This document shows positions 24,055-34,655 of a stretch of 64,000 nt of DNA, one piece after another; within the stretch, counting starts at the first letter, position 1, and each line of letters begins with the position of its first letter. Where the stretch lies: assembly GCF_009834535.1 (NCBI RefSeq), contig NC_045696.1, positions 51,524,001 to 51,588,000 on the forward strand. The letters run 5' to 3'. The position numbers were made by a program, and so were the translations under genes. A model generated the notes under the pieces. It worked only from the letters and a program-made list of their open reading frames with translations. It did not search any database and was not told the origin of the DNA. Source of the stretch: Camelus ferus (taxonomy: Eukaryota).

Positions 24055-25600
24055 TTCACTCCTAAGACATATATTGAGCATCTGTTATGGGCTCTGAGGT
24101 TACAAAGAGGAACATAGCACAGATCTTTCCCTTGGGGTAGCTCACAGTTTGGGGCTTGGAAGAGACAGAAGGGTAAACAAATAAATTCCAGACAGCACTG
24201 ACTGTTACCAAGGAGAACACCCAGGCCCACAGTGGAACACACAGGGAGGCTGTAACTCTCCCGGAAGGGTCTGAGACATCTTCCTGGACGTGTGCTGCAG
24301 ATAGCTGAGTCTGGAGGAATGAGTAGACAGCGTTTCAGGGAACTACAGGGAATGGACAACGGGGGTAGCATATACAGCATCGGAGAGGCAGGAAACAGTG
24401 CCTGGCATTTAAGAAGCTGCAAGATGAGAGGCAGCCTGGCTGAGACGAGCACGGCCTGGGGTCTGACAAACCCAAGTCAGGACTGGGACGTCACCTGCCT
24501 GTGCCTATCAGCTCATTCCAGAGTAGGAACTTCAATAGGGCTGATGCTGAGAAGACACAAAGAAACTAGCCCACTTTGTGCTCCTAGCAGATTCTCAATA
24601 AATGGCGCCTCTCTGGCATCCAGGCCCTATAGCAGAAGTTGGGGTGCTGGCTGGAGAAGCACTCAGGAAATGAAGCTGGAAAGGTGAGTGTGACCAAATC
24701 ACAAAAGGTGTTTTGCGAGGCATCACACACAGTCTCCTTGTGGGGCATATAGTGAAATGATAGCCTTTCTCCCTGGAAGAATGCACCTTACACAATCTTT
24801 TTTATACAACTGAAGGTGTTTGAAGTCCATGGTGGCTGTTACAGGAGGTTAAGCACCCTCCTATGGACAGTGGGGGCCATTGACGGATTTTAGGCACAAG
24901 TGTGGCATAATGTAACTTCCATTTTTGAAAGATCACACTACTGGTGGCCGTGTGAAGGTTGGACTAGAGGTTAGACGGAATCTAAGACCCGTGAGTCTAG
25001 AGGTACAGGTGAGTGATAAGACATGGAAGTAGAGATGGAAAAGAGGGAATCAATTTCAGAGCTACTTAGGGATAAAACTGGATAAGATTTTATGGCCAAT
25101 TGGAGTTTGAAATTGATCACCATGTTTCTGGTTGCCTGGTGCCATCAATCAGGACAGAGAATGCAGGGACAGGAGCAATGATAGGAGCAGGCATGGTGGG
25201 TTCTCTAGAGACAGATTGAGCCTGAACTTGTGGGTGGTGAGGTGGTGATGCCCCAGTCAGCAGGTGGACATTGGGGTCTGGAGCTCAGAAGCCTGGGATA
25301 GTTTGGATACAGATTTGGGAACCCTCAGAGAACAGAAGGTGGTTGTAGATGGACATATGGATGGGGTGTTGAGTGTGAGAAGGCAGAGGTGGGAACCCGG
25401 AGGAACCTCTTTACGTTGGGAGCTGATGTGTAAGCAGGAAAAAGAGCAGGCCTGGCTGCATCTTTAGATGTGGCTTCACAGGTGGCAGAGAAGCAGGAGA
25501 GCGTGCCGCCATGGGAGCCAGGAAAGGAGAGCATCTCAGAGAGGAAGCGGTGTCAGAGGCAGCAAGGAAGGAGGAAGAGAGAGTTGGGACTGAAAGCTAC
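24055..25600 (-). mobile_element. L2 remnants, antisense
   Basis: catatattgagcatctgttatg...ctcacagtttgggg; ttttgaaagatcac; ggtctggagctcagaa...gatacagatttggga. Discontinuous. Confidence 0.6.
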
Positions 25601-25758
25601 CTCCCCAGGCTCAGTGTCCAGTAAGTAGTGAGGGGGTTGGGTGGGGGCTCAGCGTACGAGCAGCTGGGGAGTTTTCAGTGGAGCAGTTAATACCGAAATC
25701 TAGCTGTGACAGGGTTGAGAGATTAAGAGTTAAGAAACTGGTGTTGGTAAGAACACAG

Positions 25759-25759
<1 letters not shown>

Positions 25760-25819
<60 letters not shown>
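25760..25819. repeat. (TG)30 perfect microsatellite
   Basis: Uninterrupted TG run about 200 bp upstream of TIGIT exon 4. Confidence 0.97.
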
Positions 25820-25820
<1 letters not shown>

Positions 25821-25860
25821 TTATAGGTCATCACAACTATGGATCATGTTGGGGGGTGAC

Positions 25861-25949
25861 TTTTTATTTTTAATGGAGGGACTGGGGATTGAACCCGGGA
25901 CCTCGTACATGCTAAGGGCGCGCTCGACCACTGAGCTATACCCTCCCCC
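25861..25949 (-). mobile_element. tRNA-Ala-derived SINE (camelid vic-1 type)
   Basis: The minus strand reads gggggagggtatagctcagtggtcgagcgcgcccttagcatgtacgaggtcccgggttcaatccccagtccctccattaaaaataaaaa. A box TAGCTCAGTGG, B box GGTTCAATCC, A-rich tail, and degenerate TSD ttggggggtgacttt / ttgaggagtaacttt. Confidence 0.85.
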
Positions 25950-26017
25950 TTGAGGAGTAACTTTGAATAACATCCCCATGTACTCACATTGTTTATTTGT
26001 TTGTTTGTTTCTGGAAG

Positions 26018-26245
26018 AAATCTCTCAGAATGCATTCTGCAGAAGGCAGCCTCGGGACATCTGAGCAGGAGGAGTGGCGGCCCAGGGCTCCGTCATCCCC
26101 CGGCGGCTGTGTCCGGGTGGAGGCCGTGCCCGCCGGCCTTGGCAGGGAGCAGACGGGAGAGGACTACGTGGAGCCGCACGACTACTTCAACGTCCTGAGT
26201 TACAGAAGCCTCGGGAGCCTCAGCTTCCCCGCCGAGACCAGTTAG
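26018..26245 (+). CDS. TIGIT: TIGIT coding exon 4 (cytoplasmic tail with ITT-like YFNV and ITIM LSYRSL)
   Basis: Encodes KSLRMHSAEGSLGTSEQEEWRPRAPSSPGGCVRVEAVPAGLGREQTGEDYVEPHDYFNVLSYRSLGSLSFPAETS*, homologous to the human tail ...HDYFNVLSYRSLG. The 5' boundary is inferred from the AAG at 26015-26017 (see findings). Confidence 0.92.
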   Translation, partial: KSLRMHSAEGSLGTSEQEEWRPRAPSSPGGCVRVEAVPAGLGREQTGEDYVEPHDYFNVLSYRSLGSLSFPAETS

Positions 26246-28085
26246 CTCTGGGAGGCATCTTGTAGGAGACGCGGCCCGGTCTTTGCTATCACAGATGGAC
26301 GACGCACATCTGCACATCGCAGCTCCGAGTGCGCAAGCACGCGCGCGCGTGTGTGCAGACGTGTGTACGTGCGTGTGCCTCTGTGTGTGTGTTCAGTTGA
26401 GTGAATGTATGTCGTCCTCTCCTCTGTCTGCATCTCCTCTACCTTTCCCTCCATTCCATTGTGGCAGACCCAGGTGAGGAGCTTGTATCTCGATTATGAA
26501 TGCAAAGTTAAAAAAACCCAAACAACACTTGACCTGGCTTTGAATCTGGCCGCTGGAGCAGATCCTGCGGCTCTGGGAAATGCATTCCCCCTGCAGCACT
26601 GGGCAGGGTTTGGAGCTGCAGGGCTTTAGGGTGTGATGAGGGTGTGACTGCAGGGCCCCTCACCTCCTTCTTCACTGCCCTTTTCATCAGTATTCACACA
26701 TTCCAGGCATTTTTATGAATAAGGCACACTGCCAGCTTCTGTGGGGGGATCAGAGGATGACTAAACCATCATCTCATCTTGTAGGTCTCAGCCCTGCAAG
26801 AACTTACAGTTAAGTGGGGAGACAACATTTATAGGAAAAGATAGTGAGGAGGTAAGGATCCAGGACACAGGCCTTTGGGAAGAGATGTCAGCTCAGGGTG
26901 AGGTGGCAGGAGAAGCTGATCTGTGGTGAAGTGGCCTGGGAGGATGCAGGGAACAGAGGCTGGGCTGCTGAGAGCAGGAGTTTGGTCTAGGGAACTCAGA
27001 GAAATTAAATTGGGAGCTGAAAGTCCCCCATGGAACACCCTGGTACCAGGGAGCCAGCAAGACTTCAGATGTTATTCTCTGGGCAGACAATTCAAATCTC
27101 CTCTTGCTGGATTTACACCAAGTCCAGAGATGGCCTGATACAGTGGACTCTGGGACCTTCCAGCCACGTGCACTAGGGGAGCCCACAGAAACGGTGCACG
27201 TCCACTGTGGGGCTGGAGCTTGGCCATCGGGCCGCCGTCCACCTCCTCTCTATCAATCTGACACTGAGCCTTTGAAGAAAGAATCTGTCTCCCACCAATA
27301 GGAAAATCTGGATTTTTAAAATAGGGACTCTTCCTAGGAAAAAAAAAGGAAGGTGAAGTGACACAGAGTTTAAGAAAGGAGCACCCTCCAACCAGCTGCC
27401 CTAAGCCCTTGAGCTCACCCCCCGCACCGCGTTGTGCTGGGGCTGGAGGGGCATCTGAGCTGCTCCTGTCTGTTTACCTGCTGTGCAGGCTTTCATCCTC
27501 CCACTGCCTCGCTTAGAAGAATGAGGGAGGTTGTGTTTCCAGGAGACTGATTTTCTTTCATGGGCTCAGGAACTGAAGAGGATGTGAAAACACGGTTAGA
27601 ATAGAGCACTGGCCTGCTCCCTAAGAATTAGGCAGGTGAAATGAGGAGACGATTCAACTCCTCCTCCTCGGATTTTTATTTTGATGTTTTTCACTTCTCT
27701 ACCAAACATGTATGTAGTTAGGTGCAGTGAGCTGAAATCCATCCAGAGCGCCAAGTCCTTTGGAAGAAAGGTAGATATATGTCAAAATGCTGTTATTTGC
27801 CATGGCGGTTTGCAGTATTTTCTTACAAAATCAGTGCAGATTGATTGGGAGGAGAACACTAGTCACAACTTGGAAATGAACATGTAACGACAGAAAGGGA
27901 GTGGTGTTGATACGGAGACGACGTATATTGGGCTGAGGCTGGACTGAGAGTTGAGTGTTATTTGACCTGATGATAGTATCAGGGAAAGATTTACAAATGC
28001 CGTTTGGATGGTGATAAAAATACAAAAAATCCCATAGATGTTGTAAATGGGTCAGGTTACTAAAAGGAGATTGAATTAGACAGAA

Positions 28086-28091
28086 AATAAA
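28086..28091 (+). terminator. TIGIT: Candidate TIGIT polyadenylation signal AATAAA
   Basis: First AATAAA I find after the stop at 26245, giving a 3'UTR of about 1.85 kb. Alternatives lie near 28357 and 28727. Confidence 0.45.
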
Positions 28092-28294
28092 TTTTAACGT
28101 GGAATTCACTGAACGAGACTTCCCTCGGAGAACCATACAAGAAAGTCCCCCCAAAGCCGGACTCCGGGAGGTTCCCGTCATCCTGTGCGGCTGTCAGGCA
28201 CGTGAGAGGTGGGCGGTCATGTTGAGATGGGCTGTGATGGACGTATAAATACACACCAGATGTTGAAGACTTAATAAGAATGTAAACTGTCCAC

Positions 28295-28472
28295 ATTAGT
28301 AATTGAAAAATATTGATTACATGTCAAAATGATAATATTTTATATCTATTGGGATAAATAAAATATATCATTAAGCTCAATGTGACCTGTTTCTTTTTAA
28401 TTTCTGAATGTGGCTACTGGAAAATCTAAATTGTGTATGTGACTTCCATTGTATTTTCATTGGACAGTGTGG
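28295..28472. mobile_element. MER33 fragment (hAT-Charlie)
   Basis: tgattacatgtcaaaatgataatattt...aatgtggctactggaaaatctaaatt...cattggacagtg. Confidence 0.75.
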
Positions 28473-29333
28473 CTTTAGACTCTGAGCCCCAGCCAAGGTG
28501 GTACCTGGGGAGAGTGTCTGTCTCTGGTGGGCTCTGTCTCTTCCTCTCTTTCACTCAAAATAGGGTTTGAGGAGGCTTTTCCTTCTTTTTATGTCTTTTG
28601 AGAAATCTATTCGGAAGAATCACAGGAGAGATTGTGGTAGAGGGGTGTGTCTACACTTCGTGAAGACAGGAAGTGTTCTTAAGTGCTCTTGGATGCCCTC
28701 TTAGACTGTATAATGGGGAGGGGAGAATAAATAAATCAGTAAATGAGCTTTCGAGGAGGAATATATTTACTGACTCCCTACCCCTTATTGCTCCACATTC
28801 TAACCCTGGGCATACAGAGTCTGATCTGTAACCCAAAGAATTATACTGAACAAATATGAGAAATGATGAGTCATGGAACTTTGAGGTAGATGATCTCCAT
28901 GAGTGGACAGGACTTTCCCATGCAGTTTGTCTCGTGACTTGTTCCCTCTCAGTCCGTGAGCCTCTGGAAGTGAGTCACCACACACTCAAGTTCAGACAAT
29001 TCCATCAGTGCTGAGTTGGACGGGCAGGGTTGCCATGTGTGCTGTGCCTGAATGGCAGTATTCACATGTGCTCACCATACCCCACAAGGAGGAGGGGGTC
29101 AGCAGCATGGCTACCAACTCTGAGGGTGAGTTTTGAGTTCAGTCTTCTGGTTCTTCCCGGTCCTGCAACATGGCTGTAACTAGGAATCCCCCACATCCAT
29201 TCCAAAGCCCTCCTGCTAAGAGACATAGGGGAGCCTTATGTGTGTAAGAGCCGGGGCTTTCTGGAAGTCAGAATTATATACTTTGATGTTTGAGAGAATC
29301 TTTTTATTTTTTTGCATAAGGCAGAGTGTAGGA

Positions 29334-29537
29334 CAGTACTGTCCAATAGAACTCTCTGAGATGATGGAAATCTTCTATATCTGTGCTCTCCGATATGGCA
29401 GCCACTAGCCACACATGGCTACTGAGCACTTGAAATGTGGCTAATGTGACTAAGGAACTTAAATTTTATTTAATTTTAATTAACTTAGATGTTGATAGCC
29501 ACATGTGACAGGTGACTAGTCTATTAGATGCCACATT
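29334..29537. mobile_element. MER3 (hAT-Charlie)
   Basis: cagtactgtccaatagaactctctgagatgatggaaat...gccactagccacacatggctactgagcacttgaaatgtggcta. Confidence 0.85.
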
Positions 29538-29954
29538 TCTAGTAATTGCCTTGCACATGGAGACAACACAGAGAGGTGTGTCTACAAGCCACTGGATGGA
29601 TCTACAGATGTTATGCATTTGAGATGGCTACCACCAGGAAGAAACATGAGATCTTCTTCCATTCTCCTGTGTCCTTCCTTTGAGCAAGACAAAACATGAT
29701 GCTAAAAGCAGGCTGTGCATTTATTTACTCAGACTCCTCCCCAAAGGTGGCTGAGGCAGCTAAATGGTTCACGTAAACAGGGCCAGAACTGGTAAGAAAT
29801 TTGCAACTCGCAGGTGTTACTGCAGGAACAGGCTTGTATCACAGGACTTACCCTGGACTAGAGTCATTCTGACTTCCTGTCAGACTGTTGTGAAGAAGTC
29901 TGCTTCTGATGCTAAAAGTCTAACCGATTTTACAGAGATCAAAAGAACAAGAGC

Positions 29955-30180
29955 TGCAGTGCGTTGAGGATTGGGAGTCGGGATACTTGCCCAAGTGCTG
30001 AATGCTGCTGCTTAGCTTCATGACATTGGATAAGCCACTTAACCTCTTGATCCTCATTACAAATGTTTCCTGATCTGTAATGTGGTAATAATAATATCTA
30101 CTTTATATGGTTCTTGGGAGATGAAGGAAGATAATGCGCTGAGTCTTTGTAAGCTGTAAATGATGAATTAATGTTATTAT
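29955..30180 (+). mobile_element. MIR SINE
   Basis: tgacattggataagccacttaacctct...gtttcctgatctgtaatgtggtaataata. Confidence 0.65.
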
Positions 30181-30624
30181 TGCGCCTGGCACTGCTTATG
30201 ATGCCACAGAGGTCCCCGGGGGGCAACAAACCTTGTTGGGAATTAAAGAACACTGAGAGGTTGCAGATATATCCTTGAGGTCTGCAAGCCTTCTGTAAGT
30301 CTTGAAAATTTTTTTGTGTTAAGTGAGATGCTAGTCTTTAGAAAAGTCAAACATGTCTTGGACAGTAGGGCACCGCCACTGTCTGTAGTCTCATACTCGT
30401 GTTTGTAATTAAGTTGATTTCAAGATGTGGAAGCTTAATTCGTAAAAGATTAATTTGCTCAAGGAAGGTGGAGCAGTGGGAGATTTTGCAGTGGTTGAAG
30501 TTCTAGGAAAGCGATGGGAGAGTTGTCTGCACTTGGCCACATGGCCATGTAGGGCTGCTGCTCGTGGGACCTGGGCCGGAGTGGGCAGTGGACCTCCCTT
30601 TGCAGACAGTGACTTTGAGGAGCA

Positions 30625-30870
30625 GGCTACATACTGTATGAGTCCATGTATATGACATTCCGGAAAAGGCAAAACTATGGAGACAGGGGAGGTGTCACTG
30701 GTTGTTAGGGGCTGTGGGGAGGTGAACAGAGGGGCTTTAGGGCAGTGAAACTACTCTGTATGATACTATAATGGGGGGCACATGTCATTATAAACTTGTC
30801 CAAAATCATAGACTATACAACCCCAACAGTGACCCCTAAAGTAAACTATGGACTTTGGGTGATAAAAAGG
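30625..30870 (+). mobile_element. L1MC-type 3' end fragment
   Basis: tacatactgtatgagtcc...tatatgacattccggaaaaggcaaaactatggagacag...gtaaactatggactttgggtgata. Confidence 0.8.
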
Positions 30871-31196
30871 CCTCATCCAGTACATTAGATTCATGTCATT
30901 TTACTCGTGTTTATTTTTAGTTCAGTTTTATAATTCTGTGAGAGGCATAAGCATAACAGGTTTACCTGGTTTTATGTTGGAGCATATTTAAGAAAGAGTT
31001 TAATGGAAATATATGTTCTGTTAAGTCTTGATTAATGTATTACTAAACATTATAGTAAAAAGAGTTGCAGGCTTTTCCCAGGGGGAGGGGTCTGTGAGAA
31101 GTTTTTTTTTGTCTTTACAAGTACATACATTGCTCAGGTCTAAGAAACACTGGTGTGGTACACATACTGCATTTCAGAAAGCTTGACTTCAAGCAC

Positions 31197-31359
31197 AAGT
31201 TTATTAATTGCTTTATATTGGGGAAAACATATATTTCTGAACTTCCATTTCAAGTTTATTAATTGCTTTATATTGGGGAAAACACATTTCTGAACTTCTG
31301 TTTCGAGTTTATTAATTGCTTTATATTGGGGAAAACACATATTTCTGAACTTCCGTTTC
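31197..31359. repeat. 53-55 bp minisatellite, 3 copies
   Basis: Unit aagtttattaattgctttatattggggaaaaca(ta/ca)tatttctgaacttcc(a/g)tttc at 31197-31251, 31252-31304 and 31305-31359. Confidence 0.95.
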
Positions 31360-32659
31360 TATAAACTAGCATAATAATGTTTCTCAAGGTAATTGTAGGG
31401 ATGGATAAAGCATGTGAAAGAGAAACTTTATAAACTGTTAAGAGTCACGTGAGTAGCCTATGTGCCATTTACTACCTTTCTAGCCCATGTAGAAACCATA
31501 ACACCACATTCCCAATGGGCAAGGAAGAGGCCTCGGGAGTCTGTGGATGAGGCTCAGAGAGATCAAGGACTCCGGGGGAAGGCTGGCTGGCATCATTAAA
31601 ATGTTGCTAAGATTCACAGAGATCAAATAGGGGCAGATCATGCATCCTGAAAATCTTTTCTTCCTCTTTCTTTTCTACTTCCTAGACTATCAGGTGAACT
31701 CAAGGTTTCAGTGACTGAGTTGCAAGAAGTCAATAATTAAATTGACAGAGGTCACCTTTCAGCCCAGAGTTTTCCCCATCCCAAGCCCATGTCTGGGTAT
31801 CATTGTATTCCTCACACTGGTGGACGTGTTCGTCCACACTCACCTCCTCCAGCCCAAAGCCGGCATGTTCTTGAGAGTCCTGGAACTAGACTGTTTATTC
31901 CTTGGAATCTTCCTTGATGTACCTGCCCACGTTTCTTTTTGTTAGTTTATAAACTCCCACAGCACCGAGAGTCTGAATGTTACAGTCTACGTTTTGATTT
32001 ATATGAATCTTTATTTCTAATTGCTAGATTTTAAGGCTCCCCAGAACTGAAATAATTTTCTCCAGTTCTTTCATACACTGCAGTGTTGAGTGAAATACAG
32101 GTGCTTACTGAGGTCTTAGTGACTCTAACTCGGTTGGGTTGACTTCATTGGGAGCAAACAAGATGTGTTTTCTCCATCAGACCAGCAATTTCAGTGAAAG
32201 TGATGAGTTAGCCCTGGTGGGCAGGGTCGCGTATGAGGAAGGGTCTATAGAACAAAAGGAGTCCCTTGGGGTCCCCAAAGTCACCAGATGGAGACACACT
32301 TTGAACCATGAACTTTCTTTGGGTACAAGGACAGAGGGCTAGAGGGGCGTAGTGTCACATGAGATTGGTTATTTCCACAGTAGGCAGAGAGTTAGTGATT
32401 TGCACATGGAGAAGGAAAAACAAAAGGTTAACCAATTTAGACAGAAGTAAGTGAGCCACGTGATCACTTGTGAGGTCTGGACGGGGGAGGAAATGCCCCA
32501 ATTTGCCTCCTGTTTCTCCGGAGTGACTTCAGTTTCACCAGCCCTGGAGTTCTTACTTCTTGTAGCAGGAGGATTGATATGTTGAGACTTTTCCTGACCT
32601 TTTAGGTATAATCTTCAGTTTGGATGATCTCAGACTAGACTACCATGTATGAAAGAATA

Positions 32660-32727
32660 AGCAGAACAACCTCCATGGTATAAAGAAGACACAATAGGAA
32701 ACCAAGGGAAGAGTTTTTTTTTTTAAT
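32660..32727 (-). terminator. ZBTB20: ZBTB20 distal polyadenylation site (ATTAAA plus GU/U-rich downstream element)
   Basis: Plus-strand tttaat at 32722-32727 reads ATTAAA on the minus strand. Downstream on minus: cttggtttcctattgtgtcttctttatacc...ttgttctgcttattctttc. An upstream TGTA lies at about 32768. Repeat density changes abruptly around here. Confidence 0.65.
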
Positions 32728-33700
32728 TATTCCTTCATATTCAAACTTCACAAACAGTGTGAACTTGTACAATACCTCGGAAAGTGAAACTTACAAAAAA
32801 AGTGCTGGTAACATTTAAAAAAAAACAACAAAAACCCCAAAAAACAAACATCATTCTTAGCAACATCAATTACTCTTCCACACAAAACAGAAACCTTGTA
32901 AAATTTATTTTCGTATTTTTAAGGCGTAATACTTCCGTATAAAGTATATGCAAGAGATAAAACTTCACAGTATTCCAAAATGTCACAATAATAATAATAA
33001 TAATAATATAGTATAATGAAGCGCTACAGTTAATTTTTCTTTTTTTGAATGTTTTTTTCCTGTTTAAATAACAAATACAAGTCACAGGTAAATATACGTG
33101 AGAAAAATACGAGGCTAATATTAAATGGCAGGTAAGGATACTGTCACTGTAAGAAAAAACTGGCAGGATGTGTGTATTTAGTCTATATTTTAAAGCACTT
33201 GATAGAAAAGGCGTATGCAAGGTTTTTCAAAACAATTTTTTGTTTGTTTGTTTGATAACTGACAACAATTTAAGAGTATAATGAGAAAAAAAAAGGAACA
33301 AATTCCCTCTCAAAACTATTGACCTGCTCATCCTGAACCACGTGTGTATACTGATGGATGGATGGATGTGTGTCTCTGTGTTTACATGGGTTTGCATGGT
33401 ACACAGATGGATACAAGCAGTGTCCCTTGCCCACCTGCAAAGATAGGAGGGTAGAGTCTCTGCAGTCATTGAGGCCAGGTTCCTTGTGGGAAATCATTCT
33501 TTCCATTTAAAGCTCTCTTTTTCCTTGCCTCTCCCTCTTTCCAAACTCTTCCCCAATCCCCAGGTCTTCAGTCTGAAAAGACAATCTGGTTAGAAAAGTT
33601 GCCCTCCATTCAAAATTCCTGGGAAATAGAAACTGCGTAAACAGTGACACCCACACAGACACTGAAAATACCACTTGGACGAATGAATATGTTTGTGCAT

Positions 33701-33725
33701 GTGTGTGTGTGTGTGTGTGTGTGTG
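33701..33725. repeat. (TG)n microsatellite
   Basis: About 12 TG units. Confidence 0.9.
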
Positions 33726-34558
33726 GTGTACACAGTAGCAATTGCAAAAAAGGGACCATATTCCTTTCCATTCTAAGATACAATGTGATAAGAAACATTT
33801 CTGTGCAGGGAATAGAGTCTCTTCGAATCTTATCACAACACTGTGGTGGGAAGATCAGGAAATGGGTTCACCTTTCAGCAGTCACCACAGTAAACTTCAT
33901 TGAGAACACACGTGCCCAGACCTCTGGTCTGTGCACATGTGTGTGTTAACAGCTAGCCATTCAGCCAATAGGTAACAGAAAGACAGCAGATAGCAAAACA
34001 CGTCAATAAGGTGCTCAAAGAAAAAAAGTGGCACCCATTCCTTGAATGGATGGCCACATTAAGGTGCTTCAAAAAGTTTTTTTTTTTCAGTTTTATTTCA
34101 AACATTAAGAGAGTACTGATTTGCACATGGTAGTTCTGAGCCAGGCCAAGGGTTTTGAGATTTCTGACATCTTCCATTGAAAAGGGCTTTCACTGTAGTT
34201 GTTTTGTTCAGTTTGTTGTGGGTCACTTGAGTTAAAAAAAAATGTAATAGCCAGAAACTGAAATCAAATCAATGTGACTAAAAGAAATAGATGAAATGAT
34301 ACAGAACATTACTGCATTCCTGTTGGGTCAAGATGGTTTCGCCCATTTTTCCTCTTTCACTAACACTGTTCCTTTTTTCTTTGTTACAATCCATTCCTTG
34401 TGAACATACAGAAATGACCAAAGTCACTGCAAGTGGCTATTTTTATTTTTTGTGATCTGTTGCAAGAGTCCAACCTTGTTTCCTCTGCTGCTGTTTGTGT
34501 AGTATCTGGTTTTGTAATGAGCATCTGGATTTATTATGTGCATGTGTGTATATATGCA

Positions 34559-34655
34559 CATATACACACCTATACATGTATAATATATACACTATATATA
34601 TATACGGATATATATAGGAAGTGTGTATACATTTATACATAATATAGTGTATATT
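34559..34655 (-). ncRNA. MIR568: mir-568 precursor hairpin orthologue
   Basis: The reverse complement reads aatatacactatattATGTATAAATGTATACACACttcctatatatatccgtatatatatatagtgtatatattatacatgtataggtgtgtatatg. Positions 34621-34640 match the recalled mature miR-568 AUGUAUAAAUGUAUACACAC. It lies about 2 kb from the ZBTB20 3' end, as in human. Confidence 0.85.

Noticed and set aside
25874..25949. Possible tRNA-Ala gene
   Set aside because: It has an A-rich tail, TSD-like flanks and an imperfect acceptor stem, so a SINE is the better explanation.
26161..26175. Extra tyrosine (EDYVEP) in the TIGIT tail versus human EDCAEL
   Set aside because: As I recall, mouse also has Tyr at this position, so it is probably ancestral rather than novel.
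31140..31340. Repetitive ORF, or a CRISPR-like array
   Set aside because: Head-to-tail minisatellite with no unique spacers, in eukaryotic DNA.
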